Source of the DNA: an uncultured Candidatus Saccharibacteria bacterium
GTDB taxonomy: Bacteria > Patescibacteriota > Minisyncoccia > RBG-13-40-8-A
Assembly: GCA_965231075.1 (NCBI GenBank)
Contig: OZ246412.1
Location: forward strand, 14,224 to 78,223
Direction: 5' to 3'
DNA: 64,000 bases
Made by a program: the position numbers and the translations under genes. Position 1 is the stretch's first letter, and every line of letters begins with the position of its first letter. Shown one piece after another: positions 58,346 to 64,000 of the stretch. A model generated the notes under the pieces. It searched no databases. It was given only the letters and a program-made list of their open reading frames with translations, and was not told where the DNA came from.

Positions 58346-58693
58346 ATGAAACGAACCAAAAAAGAAAAGAAAATAGTTAGACACACACGCATTAGAGCAA
58401 AATTAATTGGCACAAAGGAAGTCCCAAGGCTTTATGTTTTCAGAAGCAATAAACATATTTATGCACAACTGATTGATGATGTTAAGGGTAAGACACTAGC
58501 TAGCGCAAAAGACTCGGAAATAAAAGGTAAGCTTAAAAAAGTAGAGATGGCCTCGAAGGTCGGGGAATTAATCGCCAAGAAGGCATTAGAACAGAAAATT
58601 GAAAAAATAATTTTTGATCGAGCGGGACACAAATATCATGGTCGAATAAAGTCTTTAGCTGAAGGCGCTCGTAATGGTGGATTAAAATTTTAG
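58346..58693 (+). CDS. rplR: 50S ribosomal protein L18
   Basis: Family match. Confidence 0.85.
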   Translation: MKRTKKEKKIVRHTRIRAKLIGTKEVPRLYVFRSNKHIYAQLIDDVKGKTLASAKDSEIKGKLKKVEMASKVGELIAKKALEQKIEKIIFDRAGHKYHGRIKSLAEGARNGGLKF

Positions 58694-58704
58694 TAAATAA
58701 ATTT

Positions 58705-59322
58705 ATGGCAGAAGAAACAAAAGACATACAAACAGAAGAAAAAAAACTAGAGACTGTTGAACCAACAGCCGAAGTTAAGGCCAAAGAAACAAAAAAAGAA
58801 CAATCAAAACCGTTTGGTAGATTTGGCAAGGGAAGTGGAAGAGGCAGTGGCGGAGGAAGGGGCGGGAGAAGACCGGAAAAGGGAAAAGAGGAAAAACCAG
58901 AATTTGAACAAAAACTTTTAGACATTAGAAGAACCGCCAGAATGGTTTCTGGTGGGAGAAGATTTAGTTTTAGAGCGCTAGTTGTAATTGGGAACAAGAA
59001 AGGCAAGGTGGGAGTTGGATTGGCTAAAGGTGCAGACGTTACGATTGCAGTAGAAAAAGCGGTTAATCAAGCCAAAAAGGCATTAATTGAAATCACAATT
59101 ACAGACAATAAATCAATTTCACAAATGATCGAAGCTAAATTTGGCGCAGCCAAAGTAATGTTGAAGCCCGCGCAAAAAGGACAAGGAATTATTGCTGGCG
59201 GGGCTGTGCGCGTGATTTGCTCGTTGGCGGGAATTGAAAATGTGGTATCTAAAATTATCGGTCGCACAACCAACAAATTAAACAATGCCCAGGCAACAAT
59301 TGAGGCACTAAAAAAACTATAA
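58705..59322 (+). CDS. rpsE: 30S ribosomal protein S5 (Gly/Arg-rich N-terminal extension)
   Basis: C-terminal 140 aa canonical S5. Confidence 0.85.
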   Translation: MAEETKDIQTEEKKLETVEPTAEVKAKETKKEQSKPFGRFGKGSGRGSGGGRGGRRPEKGKEEKPEFEQKLLDIRRTARMVSGGRRFSFRALVVIGNKKGKVGVGLAKGADVTIAVEKAVNQAKKALIEITITDNKSISQMIEAKFGAAKVMLKPAQKGQGIIAGGAVRVICSLAGIENVVSKIIGRTTNKLNNAQATIEALKKL

Positions 59323-59323
59323 T

Positions 59324-59809
59324 ATGCAATTACACCAAGTTAAACCCAAAAATATTAATAAAAGCAAAAAACGTGTTGGTCGCGGAGGGAAACGCGGAAC
59401 GTTTTCGGGCAGAGGAGCAAAAGGACAACTAGCACGCGCCGGAAGAAAACTTTATCCAGAAATTAGAGCTTTTGTAAAAAAAATCCCTAAAACCAGAGGG
59501 TACGACTTTAAGTCATTTAAAAACAAGCCAACAGTTATTAATTTGAAGGATTTAAATAAGCATTTTAAAGACGGAGAAATTGTAAGTCCAGAAACATTGA
59601 TACAAAAAGGGTTAATTGTTAAAATAAATAATAGAATGCCAATAGTGAAAATTTTAGGCGATGGCAAATTAGAAAAAAACTTGATAGTGGATAACTGTAA
59701 AATGTCAAAATCAGCAGAGAAAGTTTTGAAAATTAAAGAAGCAACAAAAGAGGTTGAAACAAAAAAACCAATCAAAAAAAACAAAAAGAAGATTATTAAA
59801 AAGAAATAA
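59324..59809 (+). CDS. rplO: 50S ribosomal protein L15 (directly follows S5; no L30 gene)
   Basis: KRVGRGGKRGTFSGRG. Confidence 0.85.
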   Translation: MQLHQVKPKNINKSKKRVGRGGKRGTFSGRGAKGQLARAGRKLYPEIRAFVKKIPKTRGYDFKSFKNKPTVINLKDLNKHFKDGEIVSPETLIQKGLIVKINNRMPIVKILGDGKLEKNLIVDNCKMSKSAEKVLKIKEATKEVETKKPIKKNKKKIIKKK

Positions 59810-59817
59810 AATATTTT

Positions 59818-61095
59818 ATGAAGTGGTTTAGTAAAATAACACAACTTTTTAAAGTTAAAGAATTAAGAAATAAAATACTGTTCGTGTTAGCGCTGTTGGC
59901 AGTATTTAGCTTAATTTCAAATATCCCAGTGCCTGGAATTAATACCGAAAAACTCCGGGCTTTTTTTCAAAGTAATCAGCTTTTTGGTTTGATTAATATA
60001 TTTACTGGTGGGGCAATGCAGAATTTTTCTTTAGCAATGTTGGGATTAGGACCATATATTACTTCAACGATTATTTTACAACTTTTAACCATGATTTTTC
60101 CCAAGCTTAAGGAAATGTACAGCGAATCAGGTCCAGAAGGACAAAGAAAATTTAATCAATATGGTAGAATTTTGACCGTGCCATTGTCAATTATGCAGGC
60201 CTATGCAATGATGAATCTTTTAATTAGTCAAGGAATACTTGTGCATTTATCGCGCATGGAAATGTTTACGGCTATTGCCTTAGTTACGGCCGGAGCAGTG
60301 TTTTTAATGTGGATCGGTGAGCTTATTTCTGAAAAAGGCATTGGTAACGGTGTTTCGATTCTAATTTTCGCCGGAATTATTGGCAGAATTCCTTCTTCGA
60401 TTCGACAAATAATTGCCACCTACAGCCCAGCACAACTTCCTTCGTATATCGGATTTGTCGTTGTGGCGATATTGGTTATCGTCGGCGTTGTAATTATTAA
60501 CGAATCACAAAGAAAAATTCCCATTGCCTATGCTAAAAGAATTAGGGGAAGAAGAGTGTATGGAGGTTTTTCGACATATTTGCCATTAAAGGTTAATCAA
60601 GCGGGAGTTATCCCAATTATTTTTGCATTATCAATAATGCTTTTTCCGGGGATGATTGCTAAATTCTTTGCAGCAGCGGCCAATCCAACAGTTGCACATA
60701 TTGCAACTGTGGTCGGAAATGTTTTTAATAATCAACTATTTTACGCAATTGTTTATTTCATATTGGTGGTTGTGTTTACGTTCTTTTATACGGCAGTGAC
60801 TTTCGATCCAAAAGCGATTTCAGAAAATATTCAAAAAAATGGTGGATTCGTGCCAGGGATTAGACCGGGCGAAAATACGGCGAGCTTTTTGTCTCATGTT
60901 TTAAACAAGATTACCTTAGTTGGTGCGTTATTTTTAGGCATTATTGCGGTTTTGCCTTCGATTATGCAAGGCGCAACCGGAATGAGCTCAATGGCGATTG
61001 GAGGAACAGCAGTTTTAATTGTGGTTTCAGTTGTTCTAGAAACAATGAAACAAGTCGAGGGACAATTAACAATGCGCGACTATGAAGGCTTCTAA
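59818..61095 (+). CDS. secY: preprotein translocase SecY
   Basis: 10-TM SecY profile. Confidence 0.9.
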   Translation: MKWFSKITQLFKVKELRNKILFVLALLAVFSLISNIPVPGINTEKLRAFFQSNQLFGLINIFTGGAMQNFSLAMLGLGPYITSTIILQLLTMIFPKLKEMYSESGPEGQRKFNQYGRILTVPLSIMQAYAMMNLLISQGILVHLSRMEMFTAIALVTAGAVFLMWIGELISEKGIGNGVSILIFAGIIGRIPSSIRQIIATYSPAQLPSYIGFVVVAILVIVGVVIINESQRKIPIAYAKRIRGRRVYGGFSTYLPLKVNQAGVIPIIFALSIMLFPGMIAKFFAAAANPTVAHIATVVGNVFNNQLFYAIVYFILVVVFTFFYTAVTFDPKAISENIQKNGGFVPGIRPGENTASFLSHVLNKITLVGALFLGIIAVLPSIMQGATGMSSMAIGGTAVLIVVSVVLETMKQVEGQLTMRDYEGF

Positions 61096-61687
61096 AAAAC
61101 CAATTAATATTATTTTAATCGGTCCGCCAGGCAGCGGAAAAGGAACGCAGGCAAAGCTTCTACTGAAGAAATTCAAGAAGCTTTATTACGTTTATCCGGG
61201 TGAAATTTTTAGAAAATTATTCAGCTTAAACACCGATGCCGGCAATAGAATTAAAAAAATAGGAGAAAAAGGTGGTTTGCAGTCTGAAGATTTCGCAATT
61301 ACTTTGTGGATGCACGAAATTTCTTTTAATGTAAAAGAAAATCAAGGATTTTTATTAGACGGATCACCGAGAAAAACCAGAGAATCGGAATCTTTGTATG
61401 ATTTTCTAAAATTCTTAGATAGAATCAAAACGACTAAATTGTTTTTTATAAACATATCTAAAAAAGAAAGTTATAACAGGCTAAGCAATAGAATTGATGC
61501 AAAAACCGGCAAAGCTATTAAGAGGGCAGATGACAGCAAAAAAAGAATAGATTTAAGATGGAAATTATACGAGCAAGATACCGTTCCCGCCATTAATTTA
61601 ATCAGGAAACATATAAAGTTTATCAAAATTAATGGCGAGCAATCAATTGAAAACGTTTTTAAAGACATCGTTAAGGCAATCAGATGA
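61082..61687 (+). CDS. adk: adenylate kinase
   Basis: IILIGPPGSGKGTQAKLL P-loop; position after secY. Confidence 0.8.
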   Translation: MKASKKPINIILIGPPGSGKGTQAKLLLKKFKKLYYVYPGEIFRKLFSLNTDAGNRIKKIGEKGGLQSEDFAITLWMHEISFNVKENQGFLLDGSPRKTRESESLYDFLKFLDRIKTTKLFFINISKKESYNRLSNRIDAKTGKAIKRADDSKKRIDLRWKLYEQDTVPAINLIRKHIKFIKINGEQSIENVFKDIVKAIR

Positions 61688-62427
61688 TTAATTTATACAC
61701 CGAAAAAGAAATAAGTATAATGGCTGAAGGCGGAAAGATTTTGAATAAAATTATACATGAAACCGCAAAACATGCCAAAGCCGGAGTTACTACAAAATAT
61801 CTAGATAAGGTCGCAGAAGACCTTATTTTTCAATATGGAGCAAGACCAGCGTTTAAGGGGTTTAATGGCTACCCAAACGCATTATGCGTGTCTGTTAACG
61901 AAGAAATCGTTCATGCTATACCAAGTAGCCGTATTTTAAAAGAAGGCGACGTGGTGACTCTTGATTTGGGAATTGAATTTAAGGGATATTGTACTGATTC
62001 GGCAATTACAATTGGTATTGGAAAAATTGATAGAAAACTACAAAAACTAATCAACGTTACCGAAAAATCACTAGATTTAGCAATTAAACAATGTAAACCA
62101 GGTAATCGACTGGGGGATATTGGTTTTGTCATTCAAAATTATGTGGAAAGAAATGGTTTTAATGTTGTGCGAGATTTAGTTGGGCACGGAATTGGTAAAA
62201 AGGTTCACGAAGAACCAGAAGTTTTAAATTACGGTGAAAAAGCCACGGGAATTGTCTTGAAACCGGGTATGGTAATCGCAATTGAACCAATGAATTTAAT
62301 TGGTGATTGGCAGATTGAAAGAGCCAAAGACGGTTTTGCGTTTTTGTCCAAAGATCGTTCAATCTCCGCTCATTTTGAGCACACCATAGCAATTACAAAA
62401 AGGGGTTGCAGAGTATTAACAAAATAA
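61684..62427 (+). CDS. map: methionine aminopeptidase type I
   Basis: Pita-bread fold metal ligands (D..D..H..E..E pattern). Confidence 0.9.
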   Translation: MINLYTEKEISIMAEGGKILNKIIHETAKHAKAGVTTKYLDKVAEDLIFQYGARPAFKGFNGYPNALCVSVNEEIVHAIPSSRILKEGDVVTLDLGIEFKGYCTDSAITIGIGKIDRKLQKLINVTEKSLDLAIKQCKPGNRLGDIGFVIQNYVERNGFNVVRDLVGHGIGKKVHEEPEVLNYGEKATGIVLKPGMVIAIEPMNLIGDWQIERAKDGFAFLSKDRSISAHFEHTIAITKRGCRVLTK

Positions 62428-62442
62428 AACATTTTTTGGCAA

Positions 62443-62466
62443 AGACCCGGAGAGGGTCTTTTTTAT
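62443..62466 (+). terminator. rho-independent terminator after map
   Basis: AGACCC-GGAGAG-GGTCT followed by TTTTTTATTT. Confidence 0.5.
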
Positions 62467-62498
62467 TTGTTCTGAAAATTGTGTTATAATTAAGATAT

Positions 62499-63245
62499 AT
62501 GGACAATAAAATACATTTATCAGTTATTTTGCCTTCGTATAACGAAGAAAAAAGAATTGCCAGCACGCTCTTAGATATTGATAGATATCTATCGCGACAA
62601 AACTATGATTATGAAATTATAGTGATTAGTGATGGCTCGAAGGATAAAACGGTTAGCGTGGCAACCAAAACCGGCGAACTGATTAAAAACTTACGCGTTA
62701 TTGATAACAAAGAAAATCGTGGCAAAGGATACGTTACCAAACAAGTAATGCTTGAGGCAAAAGGCGAATACCGATTATTTATGGACGCTGATAATTCTAC
62801 AAAAATAGACCACTTGGATTCCTTTTGGCCAGAATTTAATAATGGCAACGATATTGTTATTGGGTCAATCGAAGTAAAGGGAGCTAAAATTGAAGAAAAA
62901 TCAGCGTGGTACAGAAGATTATTGGGCAGAATTTCCAAATACATTATTCGAATCATCGCTGGCTTATGGGAAATAAAGGATTCACAGCGTGGATTTAAAT
63001 GTTTCAATCAAAAATCAGCAGAGGCAATATTCCCCAAACAAACATTAACACGTTGGGGTTTTGATTTCGAAATTTTAGCACTAGCTAAGAAGATGAGGTT
63101 TCAAATTAAAGAAATGCCAGTTGATTGGCACAATCCTAGTGAAAGCAGAGTTAAATTAAGCTCTTATTTTAAAACCTTTATCGAGCTTCTAAAAATCAAG
63201 TACAATTTTTCAACTAACAAATACAAGATAAATGAAATTAAATAA
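62499..63245 (+). CDS. family 2 glycosyltransferase (polyprenyl-phosphate sugar synthase-like)
   Basis: LSVILPSYNEEKRI...DADNS (DxD). Confidence 0.75.
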   Translation: MDNKIHLSVILPSYNEEKRIASTLLDIDRYLSRQNYDYEIIVISDGSKDKTVSVATKTGELIKNLRVIDNKENRGKGYVTKQVMLEAKGEYRLFMDADNSTKIDHLDSFWPEFNNGNDIVIGSIEVKGAKIEEKSAWYRRLLGRISKYIIRIIAGLWEIKDSQRGFKCFNQKSAEAIFPKQTLTRWGFDFEILALAKKMRFQIKEMPVDWHNPSESRVKLSSYFKTFIELLKIKYNFSTNKYKINEIK

Positions 63246-63309
63246 TTTAAGGAAAGCTAAAATATCTGGCGGTTCAGAATTAAGACAAGATATCATCAGT
63301 AAAGATTGG

Positions 63310-64000
63310 ATGATTATTGCAACTGGTCGCGCTAAAAGACCACAGCTTTTTGCCAATAAAAATAGAGAAAAATTCGAACAACCAATTTCAGAGTGTCCAT
63401 TTGAAGATCCGCAATCGTTTGGCCACGAAGAACCAGTTTTAATTTATTATAAAGATAATAAAAAAATAAAAATTAAGGGTGTTAGAAAATTAGTTAAAGA
63501 TTGGAGTTTGCAGGTTATAAAAAACAAATATCCAATGCTAGTTCCGGGATGTTGTTCAGATGTTTTAAAAGATGGGCCATATAAGATAATGCAGGGCAAT
63601 GGGTTTCACGAAGTAATTATTACCAGAGATCACAAGAAACACTTGGCAATGATGCCGACAAAAAACATAGAGGAAGTCATTAAATCGTACCAAGAAAGAT
63701 ATTTAGCATTAATGGATCATCGTTTTGTAAATTATATTTTTGTATTTCATAATCACGGCAAAGAAGCGGGGGCAAGCATTCCTCATCCACATACGCAATT
63801 GGTGGCTATGCCAATTTTACCCGCTGACGTGAGGAGAAGCTTGGATGGAGCAAAAAAATATTATGAAGAAAACAAAAAGTGCGCGCATTGTGAAATGATC
63901 GAATGGGAAAAAGAAGAAAAAAGATGCATATTTCAAAATGAATATTTTATAGTTTTTGCACCATTTGTCCCAAGAGTTAATTTTGAGTTAAGAATTTATC
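63310..64000 (+). CDS. galT: galactose-1-phosphate uridylyltransferase-like (HIT superfamily), 3'-partial at window edge
   Basis: In-frame translation from ATG 63310: ...ISECPFE...VFHNHGKEAGASIPHPHTQL (HxHxQ nucleotidyl-transfer motif), then CAHC. Confidence 0.65.
   Translation, partial: MIIATGRAKRPQLFANKNREKFEQPISECPFEDPQSFGHEEPVLIYYKDNKKIKIKGVRKLVKDWSLQVIKNKYPMLVPGCCSDVLKDGPYKIMQGNGFHEVIITRDHKKHLAMMPTKNIEEVIKSYQERYLALMDHRFVNYIFVFHNHGKEAGASIPHPHTQLVAMPILPADVRRSLDGAKKYYEENKKCAHCEMIEWEKEEKRCIFQNEYFIVFAPFVPRVNFELRIY

Overview
This window is a low-GC (~32-35%), gene-dense bacterial chromosome segment whose content is consistent with a reduced genome of the Candidate Phyla Radiation (Patescibacteria). 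The lineage call is an inference from these features: the S10-spc-alpha ribosomal block lacks L30 between S5 and L15, GlyRS is the alpha2 type, the ribonucleotide reductase is class III (NrdDG), competence genes (comEC, dprA) are present, and there is almost no biosynthesis. Genes recognised: smpB with tmRNA, infC-rpmI-rplT, six aminoacyl-tRNA synthetases (Arg, Ile, Gly, Met, Leu, His), topA, dprA, pth, an LCP protein, lepB, rpsU, ybeY, ftsA/ftsZ, nrdDG, a split comEC, mscL, rpmB, rpsL-rpsG-fusA-tuf, rpsJ through map (about 25 genes), two tRNAs (Leu-CAA, Pro-GGG) and a partial galT. The most unusual observations are:
1. Two copies of a 60-nt element with terminal inverted repeats and two internal hairpins that show compensatory base changes. 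They overlap the stop codons of hisS and ybeY and sit directly upstream of rpsU and ftsA.
2. Four compositionally distinct (~45-48% GC) single-gene cassettes, each with a near-consensus TTGACA-17-TACAAT-type promoter, an AAGGAG Shine-Dalgarno and a GC-rich hairpin terminator. One carries a perfect 12-3-12 palindrome at the predicted start site, and one encodes a RanBP2-type zinc finger.
3. A 205-bp intergenic gap between pth and dprA with a consensus plus-strand promoter and a ~120-nt long-stem structure (candidate ncRNA).
4. A cluster of three GC-rich palindromes next to tRNA-Pro.
5. A 20-bp perfect palindrome filling the tuf promoter spacer.
6. A Ser/Pro-repeat insertion in the KMSKS loop of MetRS.
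7. comEC split into two translationally coupled ORFs.
No CRISPR array, transposase or phage gene was recognisable.
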